NCBI GenBank assembly: GCA_963662285.2 | Contig: CAXXMV010000008.1 | Coordinates: 608,001-672,000, forward strand | Source: a bacterium | GTDB lineage: Bacteria > Hinthialibacterota > Hinthialibacteria > Hinthialibacterales > Hinthialibacteraceae | Length of the DNA stretch: 64,000 nucleotides | Direction of reading: 5' to 3' | Shown: one piece after another, positions 1 to 10,250 of the stretch | Layout: the number at the start of each line of letters is the position of its first letter | Position numbering within the stretch: the stretch's first letter is position 1 | The notes under the pieces: generated by a model | The model's input: only the letters and a program-made list of their open reading frames with translations | Told to the model about the DNA's origin: nothing | Database searches by the model: none | Made by a program: the position numbers and the translations under genes

Positions 1-537
1 TGCGACGCTTATGATCCGAATTATTGCGTGGCCTATGAAGGTTTGCGCAAACATGCAATAGAAAATAACGCCAAACGGCCATACGCCACCGGCGACGCCA
101 TACGCAACGGGCTTCCCAACAATATCGGGCTTTATGGTTCGTCGCATGTTGGTTTTCTGGCGGCGCTGGTTGAGCCGACCAATGTTGAGAAGATTCTGCA
201 ACTGGACTGCTTAGCAACAGATTTCTACCATAAGCCAGCCTACCCGACCTACTTGTATTACAATCCGTTTGACGATACCAAAACAGTCAAAATCGATTTG
301 GGCGCAAGTTCGTTTGATCTTTATGACAGCGTCACTCATACTTTCATAGCGCGAAATGTCAGCAATGCTTATGAATTTAAAATGGCGCCCGATGAAGCAA
401 TGATTCTTGTTTTAACTCCACCCGAAGGTAAAGTCAGTTATCAGAAAAACAAGTTGCTAATTGATGAGGTAGTAATTGATTACAGGAACGAAGGTAAGCA
501 ATCAGGCGCCAAAGCGTTTGACGATGATATGGAGTAA
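1..537 (+). CDS. C-terminal part of an uncharacterised, probably carbohydrate-active protein (5' truncated by window edge)
   Basis: Frame +1 is open from base 1 (CDAYDPNYCVAYEG...) to TAA at 535-537; lies upstream of an SSS transporter and a GH130 gene. Confidence 0.6.
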   Translation, partial: CDAYDPNYCVAYEGLRKHAIENNAKRPYATGDAIRNGLPNNIGLYGSSHVGFLAALVEPTNVEKILQLDCLATDFYHKPAYPTYLYYNPFDDTKTVKIDLGASSFDLYDSVTHTFIARNVSNAYEFKMAPDEAMILVLTPPEGKVSYQKNKLLIDEVVIDYRNEGKQSGAKAFDDDME

Positions 538-581
538 CTGAATAATACTCTAACCTACAGCGTTTGGATGGAGAATTGTAA

Positions 582-2342
582 ATGGAATCATCATTGGTAT
601 TTTGGGATTACGCAATCATCGCCTCATACATGATATTCGCTTTAGGTATTGGCGTTATTTTTTCAAAAAAAGCGTCCAAGAGCACCGAGAGTTATTTTCT
701 GGGCAACCGTTCCCTGCCCTGGTGGATGATCGGCATATCAATGGTGGCCACCAGTTTTGCGTCGGATACGCCGCTGGTTATCACCGAAATTGTGCGCAAG
801 TACGGCGTCCAAAGATTATGGTGGGTATTCGTCGCAGTGCTGATGTTGGTAGTCGGCATCTTTCTGTTCTCGCGTCTGTGGCGCAGGGCGGAAATTGTAA
901 CCGATGCGGAGTTTTACGAACTGCGCTACCACGGGAATTCAGCCGCTTTCCTACGCGCCTACCGCGCTTTCTTTGCTGGCATCATTCAAAATCTGATTAC
1001 CATAGGTTGGGTTACATTCGCCATGAGCACCATCATCACCACCATGACCAGTATGGATAAATGGTGGGCGATCGGCGTCTGCATGATCGTTGCCTTGATC
1101 TATTCAACCTTCTCCGGTTTTTACGGCGTGGTCATAACCGATCTGGTGCAATTTTTTATTGCGACTTTCAGCATGACGGCTCTCGCGGTGATTGCAGTCG
1201 CCAAAATGGGAGGACTTGAGGCGCTGTTCCAAAAAATCGCCGCGACTCCCGGTTTTAGTGAAAAGACGCTCAATCTCTTCCCTGATTTCACCACCTTTGA
1301 TATGGATGTTGTGGCCTTGATAATTTTCGTGTTCGTAATCTGGTGGAGCGACGCCAACGGTTACAACATGCAGCGTATGAGCGCCTGTAAAAACGAACGT
1401 CACGCTATTCTGGCCACCATCTTTTACGCCATTTTCCAAACCACGCGTCCCTGGATGTGGGTTGGAGTAGCCCTGGTCAGCATCGTACTCTTTCCCGATT
1501 TATCCGGCGAGAATTATACCAATACCGAAACTTACGCAATGGTGATGAATACATTTCTGGGACCAGGTATGAAGGGGCTTCTAATAACCGCTTTTCTGGC
1601 CGCTTTCATGTCCACTATAGATACTCACCTCAACTGGGGCGCGTCGTATCTAATGACCGATGTCTATCAACGCTTCTATAAAAAGGACGCTTCGCAACGT
1701 CATTATGTGATGGTCACAAAAATAATCGTTGTCGTGCTGATGTTCGCCGGAGCCTGCCTGGTACCTTTCATGGAATCAATCGAAGGCGCCTGGGTGTTTT
1801 TGGCACTGATAATGGCGGGCAGCGGCATGATCCATTTCGCGCGATGGTTCTGGTGGCGTATCAACGCCTATACCGAGATCACCGCCCTGACCCTGGGATT
1901 GATTGGCGGCATACTGCACTTATTCCTACCCGATTCGGTTGTCCTATTCGGCTTTCCCTGGTCGGAGTTACCCTTTGAAATTAAAATAGCGCTTTACACC
2001 GGTATCATTGTTCCCATCAGCATCGCCGTAACTTATATGACGCCCCGCGTACCAGTGGAGAAACTGGATGCCTTTTATCGCAAAGTTCGTCCGGGAGGCT
2101 TCTGGGGCGTCCTCAGCAAAGAAACGCTTGCTCTTCCCGGCAAAGCGGTAAACAAAACAACTCTGATGGACATCGCAGCCGGTATATGCCTCTGTTTTGG
2201 AATTTCTCTCGGAGTGGGTTACGCCATATTGCTTCAGCCATCCAAGTCAGCTTTTTGTCTATCGTTAGCCTTAATAGGCGGCATCCGTATGTATTTCTGG
2301 TATCAAAAAGAAGTTAAAGAGTTGGAATTAAATAAAGGTTAA
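582..2342 (+). CDS. Sodium:solute symporter (SSS) family transporter
   Basis: 586 aa, many TM helices; YFLGNRSLPWW, SMVATSFASDTPL and AAFMSTIDTHLNWGASY motifs; GGAG RBS upstream. Confidence 0.92.
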   Translation: MESSLVFWDYAIIASYMIFALGIGVIFSKKASKSTESYFLGNRSLPWWMIGISMVATSFASDTPLVITEIVRKYGVQRLWWVFVAVLMLVVGIFLFSRLWRRAEIVTDAEFYELRYHGNSAAFLRAYRAFFAGIIQNLITIGWVTFAMSTIITTMTSMDKWWAIGVCMIVALIYSTFSGFYGVVITDLVQFFIATFSMTALAVIAVAKMGGLEALFQKIAATPGFSEKTLNLFPDFTTFDMDVVALIIFVFVIWWSDANGYNMQRMSACKNERHAILATIFYAIFQTTRPWMWVGVALVSIVLFPDLSGENYTNTETYAMVMNTFLGPGMKGLLITAFLAAFMSTIDTHLNWGASYLMTDVYQRFYKKDASQRHYVMVTKIIVVVLMFAGACLVPFMESIEGAWVFLALIMAGSGMIHFARWFWWRINAYTEITALTLGLIGGILHLFLPDSVVLFGFPWSELPFEIKIALYTGIIVPISIAVTYMTPRVPVEKLDAFYRKVRPGGFWGVLSKETLALPGKAVNKTTLMDIAAGICLCFGISLGVGYAILLQPSKSAFCLSLALIGGIRMYFWYQKEVKELELNKG

Positions 2343-2425
2343 ACATAACGATAACCAATTATTACGTCATCCCTTCTCCTGGCGGGTTACTCTCCGGACA
2401 CAAGTCAGGATAGGATAATGAAACG

Positions 2426-2483
2426 GGGAGCATCATAGAATAGGGAGCATCATAGAATGGGGAGCATCGGCTTCTAGCCGGTG
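2426..2483 (+). repeat. REP-like unit GGGGAGCATCGGCTTCTAGCCGGTG preceded by two tandem 17-bp partial copies
   Basis: GGGAGCATC at 2426, 2443 and 2460 (17-bp period); the third copy extends into the hairpin CGGCT-TCT-AGCCG. Confidence 0.8.
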
Positions 2484-2520
2484 TGTCAAAGAGGATAGAA
2501 TGAGCCCCATTACGCATAAT

Positions 2521-2718
2521 CATTTCCATGGAAATAGGGGGATGAAATTGAATAACCGATTTGTGTTGTGATGCCGGATCACGTGCACATACTCCTTACG
2601 CTATTGGCATTCGATCACAACAATACTTCATAGCATTAAAAGTTATTCATCAATAGAAGCAAACCGGTTAGGAAGGGATTGGTTGAAATCGTGGAAGAGG
2701 GATTGGCGCACCGGCTAG
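2521..2718 (+). pseudogene. REP-associated tyrosine transposase (RAYT / Y1 HUH) remnant
   Basis: CVVMPDHVHILL (HUH motif) starts at 2562. After a frameshift it reads ILHSIKSYSSIEANRLG, then a GLVEIVEE-like stretch; the catalytic-Tyr region is missing. Confidence 0.75.
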
Positions 2719-2760
2719 AAGCCGATGCTCCCCTTTTTGATGTTCCCCTTTTTGATGCTC
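2709..2760 (-). repeat. Inverted copy of the REP-like unit followed by 15-bp tandem partial copies
   Basis: CACCGGCTAGAAGCCGATGCTCCCC (2709-2733) is the exact reverse complement of 2459-2483; followed by TTTTTGATGTTCCCC and TTTTTGATGCTC. Confidence 0.8.
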
Positions 2761-2898
2761 TATGTTTATTGATAGAGTTTTTTTTCAGTTTATCAGAGGT
2801 AGGTGTATTGCCACTGCTTCAATTTCACAACAATGTGTACTGAGAGTAGCCCGGTGGGAGAGGGTGAGGAGTATTTTAGAATTACTTAAGTTTTTGAA

Positions 2899-2960
2899 CG
2901 CAACCCCCCTCTAACTCCCCCCAAACTTGGGGGGAGAATTTTAGCCATAACGCTTTATAT
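2899..2960. repeat. Dispersed palindromic (REP-like) repeat, copy 1
   Basis: Contains the hairpin CTCCCCCCAAACTTGGGGGGAG; about 60 bp near-identical in inverted orientation to 30030-30091. Confidence 0.8.
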
Positions 2961-2982
2961 CAAACATTTAGGGAGCCTTACC

Positions 2983-4083
2983 ATGATAAATCGATTAAAG
3001 AACCAACTATTATTAACCATCGATCAATTTACCCCCTCTGATCCTCAAATGGAAATTGTAGGGATATTTAATCCCGGCGTGGCAGTTATGGATGACGAAA
3101 TTATTCTATTGGTTCGCGTCGCTGAAGCCCATCTGGAAACTACTGAGGATGTTTTTTATTCTCCCAAAATCAGCAATAAAAATGGTGACATATCATATAC
3201 ATTCGAGAAACATCAAAGCCCCGATTACAAGGAACAATTATCGGTCAGTCAATCCAATGTAAACGACAAAACCCGCCTACCCCACATTTCACATTTTCAA
3301 ATTGTCCGGTTGGATCGTGATGGTTACACGGTTAAATCCATCGAAACCCATCCAGATTTGTATGGCGGCATACTTGATTGCGAAGAATACGGCATCGAAG
3401 ACGCCCGCATCACCCAAATCGAAAATACCTATTACATAACCTATGTAGGCGTCTCCTCGACCATGAATGTATGTACCTGCCTGATGAGCACTAAAGATTT
3501 CAAGCATTTCGAACGGCATGGCATTATCTTCGCTTGCGAGAATAAGGATGTGATCATTCATCCTGAAAAAGTCGATGGCATGTATATGTGCTACCATAGG
3601 CCAGTGCCATCGATGCAGTTTTTGAAGCCATCTATATGGACTGCGTTATCGCCTGATCTTCTGCACTGGGGACAACATAAATCTTTTCTTCCGGTCAACG
3701 AACATCCCCAATGGGATTCTTACCGCAATGGCGCGGGGACGACCGCCATCAAAACGCCGCGGGGCTGGCTGCAACTATATCATGGAGTGAAAATAATCCA
3801 GTTCGATCCCGCTCCCGTTCCCCGGTATACAGCTGGCGCAGTATTGGCCGACCGGGATAATCCAAGACAGGTAATAGCAAAAACTCAATCTTGTTTGCTG
3901 GAACCGGAACAGGAATTTGAGAAAAAGGGATACATTGATAACGTATTGTTTCCAACCGGATGGGTAGAGGATAAGGATAATCCCGGCAACATGATTATCT
4001 ATTACGGCTGCGCCGACGCAAACATCGCCGCTGTGACGCTTTCCATCGAAGATATTTTGAATACGCTTCCGATAAGAGGTTAA
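2983..4083 (+). CDS. Glycoside hydrolase family 130 protein (beta-mannoside phosphorylase-like)
   Basis: IFNPG, GIEDARIT, ENKDV, YHRP, RNGAG, LYHGV, NVLFPTG and IYYGCAD motifs. Confidence 0.9.
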   Translation: MINRLKNQLLLTIDQFTPSDPQMEIVGIFNPGVAVMDDEIILLVRVAEAHLETTEDVFYSPKISNKNGDISYTFEKHQSPDYKEQLSVSQSNVNDKTRLPHISHFQIVRLDRDGYTVKSIETHPDLYGGILDCEEYGIEDARITQIENTYYITYVGVSSTMNVCTCLMSTKDFKHFERHGIIFACENKDVIIHPEKVDGMYMCYHRPVPSMQFLKPSIWTALSPDLLHWGQHKSFLPVNEHPQWDSYRNGAGTTAIKTPRGWLQLYHGVKIIQFDPAPVPRYTAGAVLADRDNPRQVIAKTQSCLLEPEQEFEKKGYIDNVLFPTGWVEDKDNPGNMIIYYGCADANIAAVTLSIEDILNTLPIRG

Positions 4084-4224
4084 TTTTGAGTTCCATCACT
4101 CCTCTGAAGAGGTCTAGAGTGAGGGCGCAACGGAAAAACAAACTGAACAAAAGACGAGAGATTATTAAAAATCAGGTTCGTTAATCATTGCGAATAAGAA
4201 TAATATCAAGCAAAACTCTCAACC

Positions 4225-4710
4225 TTAATAAATAATGTTATCAGGCGGTTCTAACTTGATATGTGATGGATCTGAAACAAAAGTCCATTTGTCTCTAGGA
4301 AAGATAAACTTATCCAAAGCGCCAGTTCCCCCACCAGATAACATTAAGCAAAAGCAAGCGCCTGATAATAGAATATGATACTCATAACCATTGGCTGAAA
4401 TAAAAAAGCCATTTGCATAGTGAATAAACCAGATTGAACCGAGCATGATGATTGCCAGCAATAGAGAGAATTCACGAGTTAATAATCCAATTAAAATACA
4501 AATTCCTCCCACCAATTCAACCAAAACAACAATCCAAGCGGTGATGTAAGGCAAAAAAATCCCCACATCTGAAAAAACCCTTATGAATCCAGTCATACCC
4601 TCTCCAGTAAAAATCCTGGCATATCCATGGATAATAAAAATCGATGCTACCGCTAGACGCAAAATCAACAATCCCAAATCACGATAATTATAAAGGGTGC
4701 GTTCAAGCAT
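4225..4710 (-). CDS. DoxX family membrane protein
   Basis: LLILRLAVASIFIIHG, ELVGGICILIGLLTR and NGYEY motifs; four TM helices. Confidence 0.9.
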   Translation of the reverse strand: MLERTLYNYRDLGLLILRLAVASIFIIHGYARIFTGEGMTGFIRVFSDVGIFLPYITAWIVVLVELVGGICILIGLLTREFSLLLAIIMLGSIWFIHYANGFFISANGYEYHILLSGACFCLMLSGGGTGALDKFIFPRDKWTFVSDPSHIKLEPPDNIIY

Positions 4711-5230
4711 TTCTCAATCCTTTCCAACAGAAAAAAAATCCAATATGTTCCTCCCCCACAAAGCAACTAAACCAAGTTACCTCATTCTTGCACTCATTCA
4801 AGACTGGTGAAATCACAATTTACATCAAAGAATCAAAAAAAAATTCAAACGAATGCTAATTAGTAGAAGAATAATTTAAACAAAAACGTTATTAATCACC
4901 TGTAACGTGTAAAAGATTAACTCAAAAAACACGTAAAGCGATTAAAAATGTGCATATTTTCAATGACTATATTTATTAATCATCATCATCCCGCTAATAA
5001 AATCGAATTATTATCTTAAAAGTCCCTCAAACCGATATGATTTTAATATCCATATATGCTATTATAAATTATTACCGTTAAGGATAATCTCCACCAATAA
5101 TTCAATCTCTAAATGGTTTGAGAGAAATTGAGAGAAATCCCGATACGTCAACCTGTACATTACTATTGACGCATCCATGCGGTATAAAATTTTAAAACAT
5201 ATTAAAATGAATTGAATAACTAATTGAATT

Positions 5231-7135
5231 ATGACAACTTTTCAATCTTCCGACGCTCTGTTTAAGATCAACTTAAAAGCATTGGAGAAGACTCATCCAT
5301 CGCTCAGCGGCCAACTGATACATCACGTTCCATCCGCAGATTTCAGGTGGATTGACACTCAAACGCCCGATCCTTCACTGGAATTGATTTCGACCAAAGA
5401 ACAGGATTCTATTCTTTTTCACAGCCGCCACGATCCCAAACAGGAAGCGTTGCGGCAAATCAAACCACTTGCTCTAGACTCGCCAGTAGTTTATATCTTC
5501 GCCGGTATTGGACTGGGATATTCTTTGGAATGCCTGTGGGAAGAATATCCCACCAACATCAACTCAATATTGTTAATCGAAAAAGATATTGAAATATTAT
5601 ATTATTTGCTGCACCGACTGGATTGGTCTCTTCTTCTGGTTAATCCACGTATTCGAATAATCCTGACGGATGCGCCAGAAAGAATTCTTGATGATATACA
5701 GCCATTTCTACCGCATATCATGGGCTGCGGCGTAAGGATTATCGATCATCAGCCATCTTTCAAACGCCATCCTAAATATTATTCCGCCACTATAGAACTG
5801 ATTAGGCAATACCTGCAACGCGCTGCTGCTGAGAGTGAGTTTCTTATACAACATGGGGGATTGATTCAGCGCAATGCAATTCTTAATCTTCCCGCAATGT
5901 GTTCGAGTCATGGGCTGGGTCCGTTGCGAGGTCATTTCCGCAATCAACCGGCTATCTTAATCGGGGCGGGACCTTCGCTCAACAAGAACCTGCATCATCT
6001 TGTATCGGAACACTCGGAATTACTGGTGTTTTGCGTTGATACGGCATATAAGATGGTGCGTGAAATTGGTATATCACCTGATTTCGTGGCAGCCGCCGAT
6101 CCGACTGAATTGAACTTAAAACATTTTGAAGGCATCGATTCAGATACTCAGGAAGTGCTGATATTTGAGTCGGATGTTTATCCTGATATACCCCGATTAT
6201 GGAAAGGCCCCAGCATCTTCCTTAATTCTGAGAAAACATCCATCAATCGCTGGATTGAAGATATCGCCGGACCATTCGGTATATTCGATCAAGGCTTGTC
6301 GGTGGCTCATACGCTATACAATGCAGCGGCATGGATGCAATGCAATCCTATCGTTTTGATTGGATTTGATCTGGCTTATCCTCCCGAAGGCGGAACAACT
6401 CATGCCCAAGGTACAGTTCTGAACCGCAAAGTAGCCAAAGCGAAAATAGAAGAAGAGCGGGTATCAATCGGCCCGGCGGACTTTCATCCCGGGGAATCGA
6501 AAGAAAAGATCGAATGGGTGCTCGGCGTCCGGGGCGACCACGTACCAACCTCGAAGACCATGGCTATCTTTCTTAAAGAGTTGTCCAGCCGCATCAAGAA
6601 ATCCGATATAACCGTTTTTGATGCAACTGAGGGAGGCGCCTTAATAGAAGGGACAATTCCCACTTTGCTATCGCGTATTCTGCCGACCCTGGATAGGAAT
6701 AAAAATGTAAACGATATTGCGCCATTTCTAAAAGACCACCAGGACCCGCAGGAAATCCGCAGACTTAAGGCCTTTGACCTTCTGCTGGAAGGTTTAGAGA
6801 GTGCAACCCGACTGGCGCAAGATGGATTAAAACAAACCCGGACTCTATTACAAAGCGCAGACGTTAATTTACGGAATAAACCGGAATGGGAAGAAATCGA
6901 TAGATTATTCTGGATAGTTTACCGCGACCAGAGTATTCAAACGGCTCTGGGACAAGCGCTATTTTCAAGCCTGTTTCTTTTCATCCGTCAGGAAAAGGGT
7001 GAAACTGACCAAGACCGGTTGAAAAAATACGATAATGTATTTGATTCTATAATTCGCTTAAGCAAAGAATTCATCCCATACCTACGCGCTTCACGCGAAA
7101 TTATTGAGAAATCCTGCCAAGGAGAAGCGCTTTAA
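5231..7135 (+). CDS. Motility-associated factor (Maf / DUF115, MptE-like) family protein
   Basis: LFHSRHDPKQEA, GIGLGY, IGAGPSLNKN, CVDTA, GLSVAH, IVLIGFDLAY and DATEGGALIEG motifs. Confidence 0.88.
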   Translation: MTTFQSSDALFKINLKALEKTHPSLSGQLIHHVPSADFRWIDTQTPDPSLELISTKEQDSILFHSRHDPKQEALRQIKPLALDSPVVYIFAGIGLGYSLECLWEEYPTNINSILLIEKDIEILYYLLHRLDWSLLLVNPRIRIILTDAPERILDDIQPFLPHIMGCGVRIIDHQPSFKRHPKYYSATIELIRQYLQRAAAESEFLIQHGGLIQRNAILNLPAMCSSHGLGPLRGHFRNQPAILIGAGPSLNKNLHHLVSEHSELLVFCVDTAYKMVREIGISPDFVAAADPTELNLKHFEGIDSDTQEVLIFESDVYPDIPRLWKGPSIFLNSEKTSINRWIEDIAGPFGIFDQGLSVAHTLYNAAAWMQCNPIVLIGFDLAYPPEGGTTHAQGTVLNRKVAKAKIEEERVSIGPADFHPGESKEKIEWVLGVRGDHVPTSKTMAIFLKELSSRIKKSDITVFDATEGGALIEGTIPTLLSRILPTLDRNKNVNDIAPFLKDHQDPQEIRRLKAFDLLLEGLESATRLAQDGLKQTRTLLQSADVNLRNKPEWEEIDRLFWIVYRDQSIQTALGQALFSSLFLFIRQEKGETDQDRLKKYDNVFDSIIRLSKEFIPYLRASREIIEKSCQGEAL

Positions 7136-7165
7136 TAACGATTAGAGAATGATCCGGTTCAACCG

Positions 7166-8155
7166 TTATTCAAAAGAATTATCACTTAGGTCATAGTATT
7201 CAATAGACCGGTAAACGATGCGTATGGGGCATTGATATGAAGTATCCACCCGCGCAGTAGATTCGTGTTTTTCAATCCAATTGCCATGATCATCATATTT
7301 ATAGCGGTAAGCTTCGCAATCTGAAAAATATCCCCCGCGACTGTAAACTGTCATTCTTGAAATATCACCCTGATCGTTGTATTGGAATAAGCGGCGAAAT
7401 TCTATGCGCCCATCTTTGGAAAAAGCCATAATTTCAGTTTTACGCCCCTGGTCATCATGCGTATAAACCATTGAAGCTATTACGGCTTCACTCTTATTAA
7501 TGATGATCGAACTGGCAATATTTCCATCCGGGCCATAGCGATGTTCTTCTTTAACTTCTATATTTTGGTCTTTATCATAATTGGTAAAAGAGAGCAAGTT
7601 GTTATTTGCATCATACTCATAGACAGTTTTCAGTATGATTTGACCGTCTTTCAATTCATGCTGTTCTTTTAATATTCCCCGATCATCATATATAAAGCGA
7701 ATTTGCTTATCCAGTTTGCCATCGTAGCGATAAATATCGCTTTGGCTTCGTCGACCATTGGAATCATATAGATATGTTCCCTTAGTTATCAGGATATCAT
7801 TTTTTTTATACTTAATTTCACTCTGAATTTTGCCTTGATCAGAAATCGAACGCTGCCAGCGATACGTTAAATCGCCAACTTCAGAATAGAACAAGCGCTC
7901 TTTCAAGATGCCATTTTCACTAAAACTGCATATAGATGATAAATAACTAGACTCAGCATATCTTTTATCAAGCAGACCATGATACCAGGATTCTTTAATA
8001 GTCACAGATTTGACAGGTCCACTAATGTCATCCGTATCTGAACTTACAATTAAAAATTGCTCTTCAACCTCAGCAAATCCTCCAGAGCACAAAAGTAATA
8101 CTATCAAACCAAACGTTAACTGTTTCAATGTTTTATAAGAAAAGAATGAAAACAA
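7166..8155 (-). CDS. Secreted YD/RHS-repeat-like protein
   Basis: Signal peptide; repeated Y-x-YD-x-x-G units at about 23-24 aa spacing; ends YKYDDHGNWIEK...RSIEYY. TTG start with GGAG upstream. Confidence 0.75.
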   Translation of the reverse strand: MFSFFSYKTLKQLTFGLIVLLLCSGGFAEVEEQFLIVSSDTDDISGPVKSVTIKESWYHGLLDKRYAESSYLSSICSFSENGILKERLFYSEVGDLTYRWQRSISDQGKIQSEIKYKKNDILITKGTYLYDSNGRRSQSDIYRYDGKLDKQIRFIYDDRGILKEQHELKDGQIILKTVYEYDANNNLLSFTNYDKDQNIEVKEEHRYGPDGNIASSIIINKSEAVIASMVYTHDDQGRKTEIMAFSKDGRIEFRRLFQYNDQGDISRMTVYSRGGYFSDCEAYRYKYDDHGNWIEKHESTARVDTSYQCPIRIVYRSIEYYDLSDNSFE

Positions 8156-8340
8156 ATTGATTCTCCATTATTTATAATTTTTAGCCTAATTTATTGTATC
8201 AACTTTTTTGACAAACCGCGATACCATGAATATTACCATTATCCATCTACGATCACTTGGTCGGTCGTTCCATATTTTCTACATGACTACAACATCTCAA
8301 AAATTCCTGTGACCAGTGAATTTATGAAGAAACGAAAACC

Positions 8341-8349
8341 TGCTATAGT
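8341..8349 (+). promoter_or_regulatory. Possible extended -10 promoter element for dnaG
   Basis: TGCTATAGT matches TGnTATAAT with one mismatch, about 85 bp upstream of the start. Confidence 0.3.
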
Positions 8350-8432
8350 TAATCTGAATATGAACGTTTTTATGCAATAATGTCTATCGCACGATATTTA
8401 TAGAATCGCTCCAGATATACAAAGGTTGAGGA

Positions 8433-10250
8433 ATGGCCGATACGGATCAGGTAAAACAACAGATACTCGAACAAGCCGATATCGCAGATGTTATATCGCA
8501 ATACGTCCAGCTGCAAAATCGCGGCGGGCGCTTGTTCGGCTTATGTCCATTCCACAAGGAAAAAACTCCCTCCTTCACCGTAAATCCGGATAGAGGCTTC
8601 TATCATTGCTTCGGTTGTGGAAAAGGTGGAAATGTAATTGATTTCGTCATGAGCATAGAGACGCTTACCTATCCAGAAGCCAAACGCCATCTGGCGTCTA
8701 AACTGGGCATTCAGATTGAAGCCCACACCGGGCCGCAACGCCCGCACCAGGATATAGACCGCTACCAGGTAATGGATCAGGCGACCCAGTTCTACATCAA
8801 ACGTCTGCATAACAACCGTTCGGTAATGGGCTACCTTAAATCGAGAGAACTGACGCTGGAAGATATCAAGCAATTCGCTTTGGGCTACTCGCCGGATGCA
8901 TGGGATGGGCTGCGTTCGGAAATGCAAAGAAGAAACATACCGGAGAAGGTATTGGAAGAGTTGGGGCTGATCATCCACAACAAAAACAAGAATAGTTATT
9001 ACGACCGGTTCAGAAACCGCGTAATGTTCCCTATCCGCAACACCCTGGGGCGGGTGATCGCCTTCGGCGGGAGAAGCCTTGATCCCAATGAACAGGCCAA
9101 GTACCTCAACAGCAACGACACCTCTCTGTTCAATAAATCAAAAGTACTTTATCTATTGGATAAAGCCAAGGATGTCCTTAAAGAACGCGGCGTGGTGCTG
9201 GTCGAAGGATATATGGACGCCATCGCCATGCATGCGCAGGGATTTCAACAGACGGTGGCCTCGCTTGGGACGGCGCTGACCGCTGAGCATATCCATATAC
9301 TGCGCCGATATACCAATGATTTCACCCTGCTATATGACGGAGACCCAGCTGGCGTAAAAGCGGCCATGCGTGGAGTGGAACTCTTCTTTGAAAACGGACA
9401 TACGGTTCGTGCGGCGTTGTTGCCTGACAAGATGGACCCAGACGATTTCATCAAGAAGCATGGCAAGGAAGCCATGCAGGAATTCCTCAAAAAGGCTGAT
9501 GACGGCTTCAATTTTTATACGCAACAATTAGCCAAAAACCATGATCCCAAAACCACCCAGGGAAAATTAGACCTGGTCGATGCAGTCACTCCCCTTTTGG
9601 CGAAGATCAAAGACTCTATTTTCAGGAATGATTGCATGCTTAAGATGTCCACCATTATAAACCAGGACGCCGAAGCCATTAAAGCAACCATCAACCAGAA
9701 ACTTAAGCAGGGGAAATTCAGAACCTACCCGACTCAAACCCAGGCGCCAAGCCAGGAATTACAACAAAAAAAGGTAGACCCGTTAGCATTCATCAAAAAT
9801 TACTTAATCCGGCTGCTGGCCTTTCATCATGGTTTCATCCTTCCCGAAGGCATCTATGAAACCCATAATATTGTTCTTTTCAACGCCCAAAAGCTTGAAG
9901 AATTATCATCCTTGATTCAAATTATAAATGAAAATTCGATTCATGACATAATTATCAAACGCCTGCTAACGGCTCAACAAACCATCACAGGCGGCAATCA
10001 TGCTGCACGCATCGCTGAGTTGTTCCCCGATAACCGGGAGCAATCAGCGTTTATCGCTATAACTGAAGTTAACGACCTGCCCGGTAATGAAGAAGAATTA
10101 CGCCAAATGCTAGATCAACTGATTGAAATAATCCAGAATAGAAAAGATAAACTTAAGGAGCGTGAGATCAGGCAAAAAGCCAATGATGATCCTAAAAAAG
10201 CCTTACAGGAATTGAATGACCTGCTGTTAGGCGGGAAGAAATCTACGTAA
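8433..10250 (+). CDS. dnaG: DNA primase
   Basis: CHC2 zinc finger (CPFHKEKTPSF...CFGC), YDRFRNRVMFPI, KYLNS, and Toprim motifs VEGYMD and YDGDPAG. Confidence 0.98.
   Translation: MADTDQVKQQILEQADIADVISQYVQLQNRGGRLFGLCPFHKEKTPSFTVNPDRGFYHCFGCGKGGNVIDFVMSIETLTYPEAKRHLASKLGIQIEAHTGPQRPHQDIDRYQVMDQATQFYIKRLHNNRSVMGYLKSRELTLEDIKQFALGYSPDAWDGLRSEMQRRNIPEKVLEELGLIIHNKNKNSYYDRFRNRVMFPIRNTLGRVIAFGGRSLDPNEQAKYLNSNDTSLFNKSKVLYLLDKAKDVLKERGVVLVEGYMDAIAMHAQGFQQTVASLGTALTAEHIHILRRYTNDFTLLYDGDPAGVKAAMRGVELFFENGHTVRAALLPDKMDPDDFIKKHGKEAMQEFLKKADDGFNFYTQQLAKNHDPKTTQGKLDLVDAVTPLLAKIKDSIFRNDCMLKMSTIINQDAEAIKATINQKLKQGKFRTYPTQTQAPSQELQQKKVDPLAFIKNYLIRLLAFHHGFILPEGIYETHNIVLFNAQKLEELSSLIQIINENSIHDIIIKRLLTAQQTITGGNHAARIAELFPDNREQSAFIAITEVNDLPGNEEELRQMLDQLIEIIQNRKDKLKEREIRQKANDDPKKALQELNDLLLGGKKST

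Larger units (their letters stand above)
2384..2852. mobile_element. Non-autonomous element / REP-RAYT relic with nested inverted repeats
   Basis: Outer imperfect IR GGGTTACTCTCCGGACACA (2384-2402) / TGTGTACTGAGAGTAGCCC (2834-2852), 16/19 match. Inner perfect 25-bp IR 2459-2483 / 2709-2733. HUH transposase fragments lie between them. Confidence 0.65.

Noticed and set aside
602-1060. Alternative-frame ORF ending in a poly-His run
   Set aside because: Off-frame reading of ACC/ATC codons within the SSS transporter gene.
2426-2483. Short direct repeats as a possible CRISPR array
   Set aside because: 17-bp period, no unique spacers and no cas genes; explained as REP-end duplications.
4644-4859. 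71-aa ORF and many other short (<150 aa) ORFs overlapping larger genes
   Set aside because: No RBS or motif support; they overlap well-supported genes in other frames.
5118-5190. TTGAGAGAAA tandem pair and TTGACG...TATAAA promoter-like boxes upstream of the first Maf gene
   Set aside because: The -35/-10 spacing is too short (11-13 bp) and the repeat is short in AT-rich DNA.
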